In this document: positions 38,437-50,335 of the stretch, in pieces
Layout: every line of letters begins with the position of its first letter
Position numbering within the stretch: the first letter of the stretch is position 1
Source: Candidatus Omnitrophica bacterium CG11_big_fil_rev_8_21_14_0_20_41_12
Lineage (GTDB): Bacteria > Omnitrophota > Gorgyraeia > Gygaellales > Profunditerraquicolaceae
Length of the DNA stretch: 64,000 nucleotides
NCBI GenBank assembly: GCA_002796135.1
Contig: PCWB01000027.1
Location: forward strand, 1,724-65,723
Reading direction: 5' to 3'
Program-made: the position numbers and the translations under genes
Notes under the pieces: generated by a model
Database searches by the model: none
The model's input: only the letters and a program-made list of their open reading frames with translations
What the model was told of the DNA's origin: nothing

Positions 38437-40130
38437 TGTCTCGATACCTCAACAGGCGTCTCATTTCCTTTTATATAACGTATCGCATCAGCGGCAACTC
38501 TTTGAAATACCGGAGCAGCAATTACCCCGCCAAAATGTGACCCATGTGGCTCATCAACCGTAACAACAATAGTTAAAATGGGATCTTCTACCGGAGCAAA
38601 GCCTATAAATGATGCAACAAATTTACTATCCGAATATCTTCCATTTTCCTCGATTTTTTGAGCAGTACCAGTTTTTCCTGCGGCGCTAAAACCCGGAACC
38701 TTAGCCATCTTACCGGTGCCTTCCTCGATTACTCCGGTAAGGATCTTCTTGATCCGCATAGCCGTATCTACCGAAATAACCTTACGGATCAATGTCGGTT
38801 TATTTTGTTTGATTATCTGCCCCTGGTTATCGCGTATGGAATCGATAATATAAGGCTTCATCAACTGGCCTCCATTGGCAATTGCAGAAATTGCACTCGC
38901 CAATTGCAAAACAGTCACACCAACTTCCTGCCCCATAGGTATAGCTGTAATCGAAGTTTTGGACCACTGCTTAACCGGGCTGACCATCCCGGAAATCTCA
39001 CCCGATAAATCAAATCCTAATTTTGCTCCAAAACCAAAACCTTTTACATACCGGTAAAGTGTATCCGGCCCCAAAAGCATGGCTACTTTAACTGTGCCGA
39101 TATTGCTAGACTCCTCAATTACCTGCCTGAAGGTAAGCTTACCATAGGGATGATAATCATGCAGGATACGCCCTCCTATTTTATACGCCCCGTTTTCACA
39201 AAAAATAATTGCATCCTCGGTAACCTTCTTTTCTTCCAGGGCCGCCGCAGCAGTAACAATTTTAAAAACAGATCCCGGCTCAAACAAATCGCAGATCGAA
39301 CGATTGCGCATTGAATCCTTATTGACTCTGGAATGGCTATTTAAATCATAGGTAGGACGGCTGGCCATCGCCAGAATTCTACCTGTATGCGGATCCATTA
39401 CGATAATGCTGGCGCTTTTTGCGCGAGAATTTTTAAAAGCTTTTTCCAGCTCTCTTTCGGCAATATACTGAATAACTTCATCAACAGTTAAAACCAGATC
39501 AAGCCCGTCGATAGGTAGAACCATCTTTTCCCAGATATCTAATTTCTTTAACCGGGCATCGCGCAAGAAGATCGCCCAACCGGCTGTTCCAGACAGATAT
39601 TTATTAAAATCCCTTTCTGAGCCTTCTAGTCCGATATTATCCATACCGCTAAAACCGATAACATGGCTAGCTAAATAACTATTAGGATAAATACGTTTGG
39701 TTTCTTTCATGAAACCCAACCCTTTAATGTTAAGCTTCTTAATCTCTTCAGACTTCTCCGGGGTCAACTTTCTGGCAATCCAGATAAAAGCTTTTTTACG
39801 ATAAAGCCTGTCCTCAAGATATACACGCTCTAAACCCAGAATAGGCAATAATTTATTAATAACATACTCTTTATCTTTAATGCTATTGGGAACTGCATAT
39901 AAAGAATCCAGAGACATATTAAATGCTTGAGTCTTAAGGTTGCAATCATAAATTGCTCCGCGACGCGGCTCCAGCTCTACAAGCTGATTATGCTGTTTAT
40001 TGGCTATTGAAGTAAGATAAGCTGAACGGAAAAACTGGATGAAGAAAAGCCGGCCGACACAGAGCAGAAGAAAAATAAAGAAAACTAAAAATACCGCCTT
40101 ATTCCTTCGGCGATAATTACTGATATACAC
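38433..40130 (-). CDS. ftsI: Penicillin-binding protein 3 (septal class B transpeptidase)
   Basis: TM anchor plus transpeptidase domain (SVFK, KTGTA). Located in the ftsL-ftsI-murE context. Confidence 0.85.
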   Translation of the reverse strand: MYISNYRRRNKAVFLVFFIFLLLCVGRLFFIQFFRSAYLTSIANKQHNQLVELEPRRGAIYDCNLKTQAFNMSLDSLYAVPNSIKDKEYVINKLLPILGLERVYLEDRLYRKKAFIWIARKLTPEKSEEIKKLNIKGLGFMKETKRIYPNSYLASHVIGFSGMDNIGLEGSERDFNKYLSGTAGWAIFLRDARLKKLDIWEKMVLPIDGLDLVLTVDEVIQYIAERELEKAFKNSRAKSASIIVMDPHTGRILAMASRPTYDLNSHSRVNKDSMRNRSICDLFEPGSVFKIVTAAAALEEKKVTEDAIIFCENGAYKIGGRILHDYHPYGKLTFRQVIEESSNIGTVKVAMLLGPDTLYRYVKGFGFGAKLGFDLSGEISGMVSPVKQWSKTSITAIPMGQEVGVTVLQLASAISAIANGGQLMKPYIIDSIRDNQGQIIKQNKPTLIRKVISVDTAMRIKKILTGVIEEGTGKMAKVPGFSAAGKTGTAQKIEENGRYSDSKFVASFIGFAPVEDPILTIVVTVDEPHGSHFGGVIAAPVFQRVAADAIRYIKGNETPVEVSRQ

Positions 40131-40154
40131 TAAATTTTTTAGGAGTAATAAATA

Positions 40155-40523
40155 TTAGGGGTTAATTGTTTTTGCTTGAGCTTCGCGCTTTAAACTAAAG
40201 ATGTGCGCCAGCAAGCCTTCCCTGTTTTGATTCTCATCCGCAACCTTCAAACCATCCCTTGAAGAAACAAATTTAACAAAACGGTAATTATCCGGCATCT
40301 GGAAATCAGCGCTTTGATCGATGCGTTCGCCGATATTCACCAAAGAAGAACTTTTGTTAATATTATATCTTAAGGCGGTGTTTTTATCCAGTAATTCCGT
40401 GAATATTGCTTGTTTCTTCTGGCCTAAATAAGCCAGGCGGAAAATTTCACTCTGTTGATAGACATAGAGAACGGAAAACGAGGTGACAAATACAACTGCG
40501 GATAGGAATTTGGTAAGCTTCAT
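40155..40523 (-). CDS. ftsL: Cell division protein FtsL-like (small bitopic membrane protein)
   Basis: 122 aa with an N-terminal TM helix. Called only from its position between rsmH and ftsI. Confidence 0.55.
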   Translation of the reverse strand: MKLTKFLSAVVFVTSFSVLYVYQQSEIFRLAYLGQKKQAIFTELLDKNTALRYNINKSSSLVNIGERIDQSADFQMPDNYRFVKFVSSRDGLKVADENQNREGLLAHIFSLKREAQAKTINP

Positions 40524-40524
40524 C

Positions 40525-41430
40525 TTATGATATCCTTTGGGCTACCCTTAATTTACTGCTGCGGCTAGGAGGATTTCTCTCTATCTCGCTTACAGTAGGA
40601 GTCAGGGGTTTAGGTGTAATAATATCGACCATTCCTTCGGCTTTGAGCGCGCGGAATGTATGTTTAATTATCCGGTCTTCTAAAGAATGAAACGAAATAA
40701 CGCATATCCTGGCCTGTTCATTTAAAACGGCGACCGCTTTTTTGACAACACTTTCTAAAATTTCTAATTCACGGTTTACCGCAATTCTGATTGCCTGAAA
40801 AGTACGCGTGGCAGGATGGATGCGGTAGTAACTCTTACGGTACTTAAAAGGAATGGCCCGCATCACTAAAGTAGCTAATTGCGCAGTAGTGGCGATAGGC
40901 TGATTCCTGCGTTCTTCAATAATGTAACGAGCAATACGATTATGCCAGCGCTCCTGCCCGAAATTCCAGAGCATATGGCTGATCTCGTTTTCATTGAGAT
41001 TATTCACCAAGTCATACGCTGATATATAACTGCTCTTATCTAAACGCATATCTAACGGCCCCTCCTCCTGAAAACTAAAACCCCGCTGCGCATCTTTGAG
41101 CTGATGCGTGGAAATCCCCAAATCAAAAACAATTCCGTCAATCTTATCAATTCCCTGCTTTTCTAAAACTTGATCGAGATCTGAAAAATTAGCATGTACA
41201 AATTCACAAGACTCTTTAAATTCACTCAGTCTTTCCTTGCAGATTGCCAATGAATCCTCATCGCGGTCTAAGCCGATAAGCCTGCCGCCGGGGGTAATTC
41301 TTTTTAAAATCTCTAAGCTGTGTCCGCCGCAGCCAAGAGTTGCATCTACAATTGTTTGTCCCGGTTCAAGCCTTAAATAATCTATAACTTCCTGCAGCAT
41401 TACCGGCACATGCCAAACTGTTTCTAACAT
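40525..41430 (-). CDS. rsmH: 16S rRNA m4C1402 methyltransferase RsmH (MraW)
   Basis: VPVMLQEV...DATLGCGGHS SAM-MTase N-terminus. Confidence 0.9.
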   Translation of the reverse strand: MLETVWHVPVMLQEVIDYLRLEPGQTIVDATLGCGGHSLEILKRITPGGRLIGLDRDEDSLAICKERLSEFKESCEFVHANFSDLDQVLEKQGIDKIDGIVFDLGISTHQLKDAQRGFSFQEEGPLDMRLDKSSYISAYDLVNNLNENEISHMLWNFGQERWHNRIARYIIEERRNQPIATTAQLATLVMRAIPFKYRKSYYRIHPATRTFQAIRIAVNRELEILESVVKKAVAVLNEQARICVISFHSLEDRIIKHTFRALKAEGMVDIITPKPLTPTVSEIERNPPSRSSKLRVAQRIS

Positions 41431-41868
41431 TTATACATCCATTAATTTTTCGGCAATTTCTTCAAAAGACTGACGGTTATTAGCGTAAAAATCCTGCCAT
41501 AAATTTTTAGCCCAGATCTCGATGCGGCTGGAAACCCCGACGATCATCACATCCTTTTTGATCTCGGCAAAATCTTTCAGGTATTGCGGCAGCAGGATCC
41601 TGCCCTGCTTATCAAAAGTTACATCTTGCGCCCCGCTAAAAAACATCCGGTTGAAAATACGCGGCTGCTGTTTAGTAAAAGACATGGATTTAAATTTATT
41701 TTCCTGAGAACGCCACTCCTCCTCAGAAAACATAAAAAGACATTTATCCAGGCCGCGGGTGACATAAAATTTTTCCACGAATTGGCTTTTGGCAACTTCG
41801 CGAAATTTAGCCGGCAAAATCAGCCTGCCCTTACGATCTATAGAATGTTCGAACTCACCATAAAACAT
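41431..41868 (-). CDS. mraZ: Transcriptional regulator MraZ
   Basis: Tandem MraZ domains (MFYGEFEHSIDRKGRLILPAKFR...). It is the first gene of the dcw cluster. Confidence 0.9.
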   Translation of the reverse strand: MFYGEFEHSIDRKGRLILPAKFREVAKSQFVEKFYVTRGLDKCLFMFSEEEWRSQENKFKSMSFTKQQPRIFNRMFFSGAQDVTFDKQGRILLPQYLKDFAEIKKDVMIVGVSSRIEIWAKNLWQDFYANNRQSFEEIAEKLMDV

Positions 41869-41880
41869 TTTTTCTGTCCT

Positions 41881-41905
41881 ACCACTTTACTCCACTTTCT
41901 CCCAC
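41881..41905 (-). promoter_or_regulatory. Putative MraZ operator: three direct GTGG(N) repeats with 5-nt spacers
   Basis: The transcribed strand reads AGTGGGAGAAAGTGGAGTAAAGTGGT between the -10 box and the mraZ RBS. This matches the known GTGGG-N5 triple-repeat MraZ binding architecture. Confidence 0.5.
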
Positions 41906-41915
41906 TAATAGCCAA

Positions 41916-41944
41916 AGTATAGACAAAATCATCCCTTTTGTCAA
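41916..41944 (-). promoter_or_regulatory. dcw cluster promoter (sigma70 consensus)
   Basis: The transcribed strand reads TTGACA-N17-TATACT (-35 at 41944-41939, -10 at 41921-41916), with an AGGA RBS before the mraZ ATG. Confidence 0.5.
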
Positions 41945-42029
41945 GAGAAAATTTTACCTAAATACAGTAAACACAATAAATTGTGGACTAAAGGGCTGCA
42001 AACATCTAGGGATAGTGGTATTTAGCGGA

Positions 42030-42932
42030 TTAACGCAGAAGCTTGTGTGCAGTAATTACGTCTTTTTGAATCTGGTAGGATAAATCCCGGATAGAAGTGA
42101 ATTTTTTATCCGTGCGGATCCTTCTTATAAATTGGATTTCAAGTAACTTATCATAAATATTTTTACGGAAATTAAATATGTGCGCCTCTACATGAATGGA
42201 GCGATTCTTAGTATGAATCGTAGGCCGTCTACCGATATAACAAATACCATTGTAGACCTTAGCGCAAAATATAATCTGCACCGCATAGATCCCGGAAGAG
42301 GGAATAACCTCATGATGCGGATTAATGTTGGCCGTCGGGAAACCTAATAACCTGCCGAGCTTTGTACCTCTAATCACTGAGCCTAAGATACTTACCCTGC
42401 GGCCAAGCAGCTCCTCTGCTTTTTTAATCTCGGAGCTCTTAATTAATTTCCTGATCACAGTGCTGCTGATCACCAGGCCTTTTGATCTTATGATATTAAA
42501 AGCTTTAAGTTTAAAATTATATTTACCGGCGGCCTGCTTCAATAATTTATAATCTCCCCTGGCCTGATTACCAAAACGAAAATTCTTACCCACACAAATA
42601 AAGCGGGCGCCGATTTTCTTGACTAATATTTTAGTTATAAAATCAACCGGGGAAATCTTAGCAAAACTACGGCTGAATTTAGCCACCACACATACATCAA
42701 CCCCCAATTCGGCAATCAACCTCAAGCGGTGCTCCAGAGAATAAAGGCTTTCTTTATTCTGAGGGTGCGGAAAAAAAGTTAAAGCAATACTGGTGCCCTT
42801 GATCCTACGGGCGATTTTTACGGTATCCTGTAAAATATTACGGTGCCCGCGATGCATTCCGTCAAAAACCCCCAGAGCAACCACCGCCCCTTTATACTTT
42901 TTAATTTTATTTATTCCGCGGATTATGATCAT
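42030..42932 (-). CDS. ribF: Bifunctional riboflavin kinase / FMN adenylyltransferase
   Basis: VALGVFDGMHRGHRNIL N-terminal nucleotidyltransferase motif and a C-terminal riboflavin kinase domain. Confidence 0.9.
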   Translation of the reverse strand: MIIIRGINKIKKYKGAVVALGVFDGMHRGHRNILQDTVKIARRIKGTSIALTFFPHPQNKESLYSLEHRLRLIAELGVDVCVVAKFSRSFAKISPVDFITKILVKKIGARFICVGKNFRFGNQARGDYKLLKQAAGKYNFKLKAFNIIRSKGLVISSTVIRKLIKSSEIKKAEELLGRRVSILGSVIRGTKLGRLLGFPTANINPHHEVIPSSGIYAVQIIFCAKVYNGICYIGRRPTIHTKNRSIHVEAHIFNFRKNIYDKLLEIQFIRRIRTDKKFTSIRDLSYQIQKDVITAHKLLR

Positions 42933-42938
42933 TTTTAA

Positions 42939-43928
42939 TTAAGTTAGGGACTCTTGAATTTTTGCAATAACTTTTTTCACGATTGTTTCAATTTTACCGT
43001 TTAAGGTACAACCGGCGGCCGGCTTATGCCCGCCGCCACCGAAAAAAGAAGCAACCTTATTCACATCGACATTGCCCTGACTTCTTAAATTAACGCGCAC
43101 TTCGCAATTATTCCCTAAATTCTCCTTAAACAGCACAACCACCTCTACTCCTTTAATTGAACGACCAAAATTTAAAAGCAAATCCGCTAAATCAATAAAT
43201 GACTTTTTACTCTTAACCAAATCTTTTTTAATTTGGAATCCTACGACTTTACCCTGACAAAAAAATTCGACCTTAGACATTAGCTTAAGCAGTAACCTGG
43301 CATCAGATACAGGTATATTCTCGTAGGTATTGCGGTAAACCTGTGTAACGTTGATCCCGAATTTCAAAAGTTCAGCAACAACCTTAAAAGTAAAACTGGA
43401 AGTGTTGGAATAATGAAAGCTCCCGGTATCAGTCATGATCCCCGTATATAAAGCTAAAGCGCTATCATAATCCAGAGGCAGGTGTAATTTTTTAAAAAGC
43501 CTGTAGACCATCTCCGAACATGAAGAAGCATACGGCTGGACCCAGTTGACATCGCCGAAATTACGGTTACTAATATGATGGTCGATATTAATTACCGGCA
43601 ACTTATCCTTATTCAATTTATAGACATCCCCGGTGCGTTTTAAATCCGCACAGTCTAGCACCGCCAAACAATCAAAATCAATATTTTTAGAGCTTTTATT
43701 TAATAGCCGGATAGATTTACACCCCGGGAGAAAATCATAACCGTAGGGCACTTTATCCTCATTGACCATGGTTGCCTGTTTGCCCATTTTCTTGATCAAG
43801 CTACGGAAAGCCAGTTGGGACCCTAAAGCATCCCCCTCAGGACTGGTATGTACGGTAATCAAAAAATTATTATATTTTTTTAAGCTTGCGCAAATCTCAT
43901 TTATCCCCATGCTGCTCCTTGATCTCAT
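42939..43928 (-). CDS. nrnA: DHH/DHHA1 phosphoesterase (NrnA-like oligoribonuclease / pAp phosphatase)
   Basis: DHH motif NIDHHISN and DHHA1 GGGGHKPAAG. Confidence 0.8.
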   Translation of the reverse strand: MRSRSSMGINEICASLKKYNNFLITVHTSPEGDALGSQLAFRSLIKKMGKQATMVNEDKVPYGYDFLPGCKSIRLLNKSSKNIDFDCLAVLDCADLKRTGDVYKLNKDKLPVINIDHHISNRNFGDVNWVQPYASSCSEMVYRLFKKLHLPLDYDSALALYTGIMTDTGSFHYSNTSSFTFKVVAELLKFGINVTQVYRNTYENIPVSDARLLLKLMSKVEFFCQGKVVGFQIKKDLVKSKKSFIDLADLLLNFGRSIKGVEVVVLFKENLGNNCEVRVNLRSQGNVDVNKVASFFGGGGHKPAAGCTLNGKIETIVKKVIAKIQESLT

Positions 43929-44247
43929 TAATTATTTCTTCAATATGTACGCTATATTCGGTTGAGCGATCCTCATGGAACATAAGCTCGGTCGCAAAGC
44001 GCATGTTGAGCCTCTGAGCCACCAGGCTGCGGACATAGCCTAAAGCCGAATCTAAAACCAGTTTTGTTTTTTTATGCGATTCCTCTTTGCCCAAAACGCT
44101 ATAATAAATCTTGGCGTTTCTTAGGTCCGGGGATAACTCTACCCGGGTAATCGTCACAAAACCAATTCGAGGATCTTTAAGTTCATCATGGATAATCAGA
44201 CTCACTTCTTTTTTTATCGCTTCGGCAACCCTCTCACGTCTAGGCAT
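43897..44247 (-). CDS. rbfA: Ribosome-binding factor A
   Basis: KH-like RbfA fold (RVAEAIKKEVSLII...VTITRVELSPDLRNAKIY). Confidence 0.85.
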   Translation of the reverse strand: MPRRERVAEAIKKEVSLIIHDELKDPRIGFVTITRVELSPDLRNAKIYYSVLGKEESHKKTKLVLDSALGYVRSLVAQRLNMRFATELMFHEDRSTEYSVHIEEIINEIKEQHGDK

Positions 44248-44269
44248 ATTCTAAACTCCGTTTCATTTT

Positions 44270-45541
44270 TTAACTCTTGATTAATTTTTTAATTAAGGCC
44301 AGCTCTTGGCTGCGGGTCTTCACTTCTGCGTTAAGCTTAGCCACTAAAACTTGGGCAAATATCTTCTCATACCTTGGTCCGGGCAAAATACCCAAACCAT
44401 GTAAATCATGGCCTGAAACAAAAAGACGCATCCCATTATAAATCTCAAGAAAATCCTTAATATATTTCTTAAGACACTTAACTTGGGAGCTGGCCCTCAG
44501 AAGAATAATCTCTTCATAGCTTAGGAGCTCAAGCAAGGTGAAAATATGGGCGGGCCTGACTCCACGCTTACTTAAAGACAGGGTGATCTTATGGCTATTT
44601 TGATGATCGTTAATAATGCGCTTCTCTTCCCCTTTGCGTAAGCCTAACTTTAGAATAATTATCTTTACTTGAGCCAGATTAAGAGATTTTAAAAGTGCCA
44701 TAAAATAAATCAACCAGCTATCGAGTTTCCGGCGGGAAGAAAAATTCTTAACAAACCAGCGGATCTCCTTGTCAATTAATTTAAACAAATCATGTGTTGA
44801 TTTAGTAAACCTTAATTTATCGCTCAGAAAAGACAGCCCTCCTAAATCGTTTAGTCTTTTCATCTGCTTAGAAGGATCTATCTCCTTCAGCATTAATATC
44901 AGCTCATCGCGCATTCTATGTGAATGAACTTTCTTCAATAAACCTTCCTCAATCGCCTGCTTGAGCAGCTTAAGAGTCTTAGGTTCGATCTTAAAATTAA
45001 AACGCTGCTGAAAGCGTATCGCTCTGAGTATGCGCGTAGGATCATCCCTGAAGCTTAGATCATGTAAGATGCGTATTCTGCCGGAGGCTAAATCATTTTG
45101 TCCGCCAAAAGGATCAATCAGCTTATGCTCATCTGCACCAACCAGGCTGGCCGCCATAGCATTGATCGTAAAATCACGCCGCCTAAGGTCCTCTTTTAAA
45201 GAGCCTGAACTTACTACCGGAAGACTGGCGCAAGACGGATACTTTTCAAGGCGCGCGGTAGCAACATCCACCTTTAAACAATTGCCTAAAGTTAAAGTTG
45301 CCGTCCCGAATCGCTCATGAATCCTTAAATCCGACTTTAATCTCTTAGCCAATGCCTGGGCAAAAACAATACCGCTACCTTCGACCGTAATATCAATATC
45401 AAAGTTCTGCACTCCTAAAATTAAATCCCGCAGAAACCCGCCAACCAAGTAAGCCGGCATCCCGATATCTTGGGAAACCTGTGCGGCGAGATTAATGATC
45501 TCCTTTAACTCTGCGGGTAATTTTTGAAGATATCTTTTCAT
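44270..45541 (-). CDS. cca: tRNA nucleotidyltransferase (CCA-adding enzyme) / poly(A) polymerase family
   Basis: Pol-beta-like head domain with GGFLRD...DIDI. The nearby tRNA-Pro has no genomically encoded CCA. Confidence 0.75.
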   Translation of the reverse strand: MKRYLQKLPAELKEIINLAAQVSQDIGMPAYLVGGFLRDLILGVQNFDIDITVEGSGIVFAQALAKRLKSDLRIHERFGTATLTLGNCLKVDVATARLEKYPSCASLPVVSSGSLKEDLRRRDFTINAMAASLVGADEHKLIDPFGGQNDLASGRIRILHDLSFRDDPTRILRAIRFQQRFNFKIEPKTLKLLKQAIEEGLLKKVHSHRMRDELILMLKEIDPSKQMKRLNDLGGLSFLSDKLRFTKSTHDLFKLIDKEIRWFVKNFSSRRKLDSWLIYFMALLKSLNLAQVKIIILKLGLRKGEEKRIINDHQNSHKITLSLSKRGVRPAHIFTLLELLSYEEIILLRASSQVKCLKKYIKDFLEIYNGMRLFVSGHDLHGLGILPGPRYEKIFAQVLVAKLNAEVKTRSQELALIKKLIKS

Positions 45542-45544
45542 TTT

Positions 45545-46432
45545 CTATGGGCGCGGATGAAACATTTTATGGATTGATTTAAGCCGCTCTTTATCAATAT
45601 GTGTGTAAATTTGAGTTGTGGAAATATTTGAATGCCCGAGCATCTCCTGTACTGAGCGCAGATCCGCCCCTCTTTCCAATAAATGCGTGGCAAATGAATG
45701 CCTTAAAGTATGCACCTTGATCGATTTTTTAATTTTTGCTTCTTTAGCGTAGCGTTTGATCAGCTTCCAAACCGACTGCCGGGATAATTTTGCCCCAGAA
45801 CGACTGATAAAAAGCTGCTCTGAACTCTTGTTTTTTAAAAAATGCGGCCGGCTAAATTCCAGGTATCTCTTAATGCTATGAATTGCTTTTTTACCTAACG
45901 GAATAATCCGCTCCTTATTGCCTTTGCCGATACAACGCAAGAAACCGATATCTAAATTTACGTTATTGGTTTTAAGATCGCAGGATTCAGAAACCCGCAT
46001 TCCTGTAGCATAGAGCGTCTCTAAAATTGCTTTATCCCTTGCCCCCTGGTGATTCCGTACTTCAGGCTGGCTGATCAAAGCCTCGACTTCATTTAAAGAA
46101 AGCGTGTCCGGAACCTTCTTCCATAATTTCGGCGAATCAATTAATATGCTCGGGTCAGTCTTTAATATTCTTTCTCTGCTTAAAAAACGATGGAACATGC
46201 GTATTGCCGCCAGCCTGCGGGATATGCTCGTTGGAGATACTCCACTATCTTTCTGAGAAAACATAAACTCAACAATATCATTTTTATCGATTTTGGAAAG
46301 TGCCTGTATCTGGCGCTTAATCATAAAATCCAGATAGATATTTAAATCCTGCCGGTAAGCCAGAATGGTATTCTTGGCCAATGCCCGTTCCACTGAAAGA
46401 TAATCTAGAAATGAATTAATAAGTTCCTTCAT
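45545..46432 (-). CDS. xerD: Tyrosine site-specific recombinase XerD
   Basis: ETLYATGMRVSE and a C-terminal HTLRHSFATHLL...LGHSNISTTQIYTH catalytic region. Confidence 0.8.
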   Translation of the reverse strand: MKELINSFLDYLSVERALAKNTILAYRQDLNIYLDFMIKRQIQALSKIDKNDIVEFMFSQKDSGVSPTSISRRLAAIRMFHRFLSRERILKTDPSILIDSPKLWKKVPDTLSLNEVEALISQPEVRNHQGARDKAILETLYATGMRVSESCDLKTNNVNLDIGFLRCIGKGNKERIIPLGKKAIHSIKRYLEFSRPHFLKNKSSEQLFISRSGAKLSRQSVWKLIKRYAKEAKIKKSIKVHTLRHSFATHLLERGADLRSVQEMLGHSNISTTQIYTHIDKERLKSIHKMFHPRP

Positions 46433-47051
46433 CAGTCTCCGAATAGATTGTGATCTTTCTCCTCACCTATCGTAGTTGTCGGGCCGTGTCCGGGATAAAC
46501 TATTGTATCCGCAGGTAAAGTAAATAATTTTTGTTTAATTGCTTGTTCTAACTGGGTGCGGCTTCCGCCATCAAGATCATAACGGCCGATACCGCGGTTA
46601 AACAAGGTGTCTCCGGTAAAGATAATATCCGTCTGCGGCTTTTTCATTAAAAGGCCGATCCCCCCGCGGGTGTGGCCGGGTAAATGTAAAACTTCCAATT
46701 CGAAACAATCTAATTTAATAATTTCTTGATCTGCTAAAGTTTTAATTTCAGATTTAACCGCATATGGGGCCGGCGCATAATTGGCAGATAGATTTTTCCC
46801 TGCATTCTGCAGCATCGGTAAATCAAGTTTATGCACATAAACCGTCACCCCGAATTCATCGTCACTGCCGATATGATCATAATGGCCATGCGTATTAATT
46901 ACCATTACGGGTTTTAATTTATACTTTTTTAAAACCAGATTAATCTTATGATACTGGTCTCCGGGATCGATGATCATTGCTTTGCCGCCCTCGGCACAGG
47001 CCAGCACATAACAGTTAACCTGCATTGGGCCGACTTCAATAGTTTCAAAAA

Positions 47052-47055
<4 letters not shown>
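46432..47055 (-). CDS. MBL-fold metallo-hydrolase (glyoxalase II-like)
   Basis: THGHYDHIG metal-binding motif in a single approx. 200-aa domain. Confidence 0.75.
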
Positions 47056-49827
<2,772 letters not shown>

Positions 49828-49830
49828 AAC

Positions 49831-50172
49831 TCATCTTAAAGATTTAACATATCTTGTAATCCTTCTGCCTAAAACTATTGCCACAAATAAAATAAATAAA
49901 TAACCCAAAATATGCGAAAATTTTGTTAAGATGATTACCAACAAAAGAAAAGTTAAAAAACCCAGCGCAAACAATAATCCCCTCTTCCAGCCTCCTCCGG
50001 TACAATAACCTCCAAAGAACATCATCAAACTAAGCGATAAAGGATAAGCAAGAACTGCCGGCTCATGAATAGAATCTCTAAAAGCACCCAATGTAAAAAA
50101 TACAGCCATACTGACAAACGCTCCAATGATACCGATAATGTAATTTTTATTACTTTTTACGGATCCAGGCAT
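49831..50172 (-). CDS. Small integral membrane protein (hypothetical)
   Basis: 113 aa with three predicted TM helices. AGGAGG-5nt-ATG RBS. It starts 22 nt downstream of tRNA-Pro. Confidence 0.4.
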   Translation of the reverse strand: MPGSVKSNKNYIIGIIGAFVSMAVFFTLGAFRDSIHEPAVLAYPLSLSLMMFFGGYCTGGGWKRGLLFALGFLTFLLLVIILTKFSHILGYLFILFVAIVLGRRITRYVKSLR

Positions 50173-50194
50173 ACACGCCTCCTAATGGATTTAA

Positions 50195-50268
50195 TCGGGG
50201 CGGTGCGACTTGAACGCACGGCCTCTTGCTCCCGAAGCAAGCGCTCTACCAAACTGAGCCACGCCCCG
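50195..50268 (-). tRNA. tRNA-Pro (anticodon CGG); the 3' CCA is not encoded
   Basis: The reverse complement folds as a cloverleaf. The acceptor stem is CGGGGCG/CGCCCCG, with U8, a D-arm GCUC-AGUUUGGUA-GAGC, an anticodon stem CUUGC/GCAAG with loop UUCGGGA, a T-arm GUGCG-UUCAAGU-CGCAC, and discriminator A followed by UU rather than CCA. Confidence 0.85.
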
Positions 50269-50289
50269 TTACTAACCAATTATTTGATA

Positions 50290-50318
50290 AGTATATCAGA
50301 AATTTATGGGTAGCGCAA
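50290..50318 (-). promoter_or_regulatory. Candidate promoter for tRNA-Pro
   Basis: TTGCGC-N17-TATACT on the transcribed strand, placed 21 nt upstream of the mature tRNA 5' end. Confidence 0.35.
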
Positions 50319-50335
50319 TCAGAGAAAGGACCATT

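Noticed and set aside
45545-46432. Tyrosine recombinase as a possible phage/ICE integrase marking a mobile element
   Set aside because: Its length, the XerD-type motifs (ETLYATGMRVSE, C-terminal LGHSNISTTQIYTH) and the housekeeping neighbourhood (cca, ligA, ftsK nearby) fit a chromosome dimer resolution gene. There are no flanking direct repeats, no tRNA-adjacent att site and no phage genes.
50065-50313. Plus-strand 82-aa ORF spanning the tRNA locus
   Set aside because: It overlaps a well-formed tRNA-Pro and its promoter on the opposite strand, so it is an artefact.
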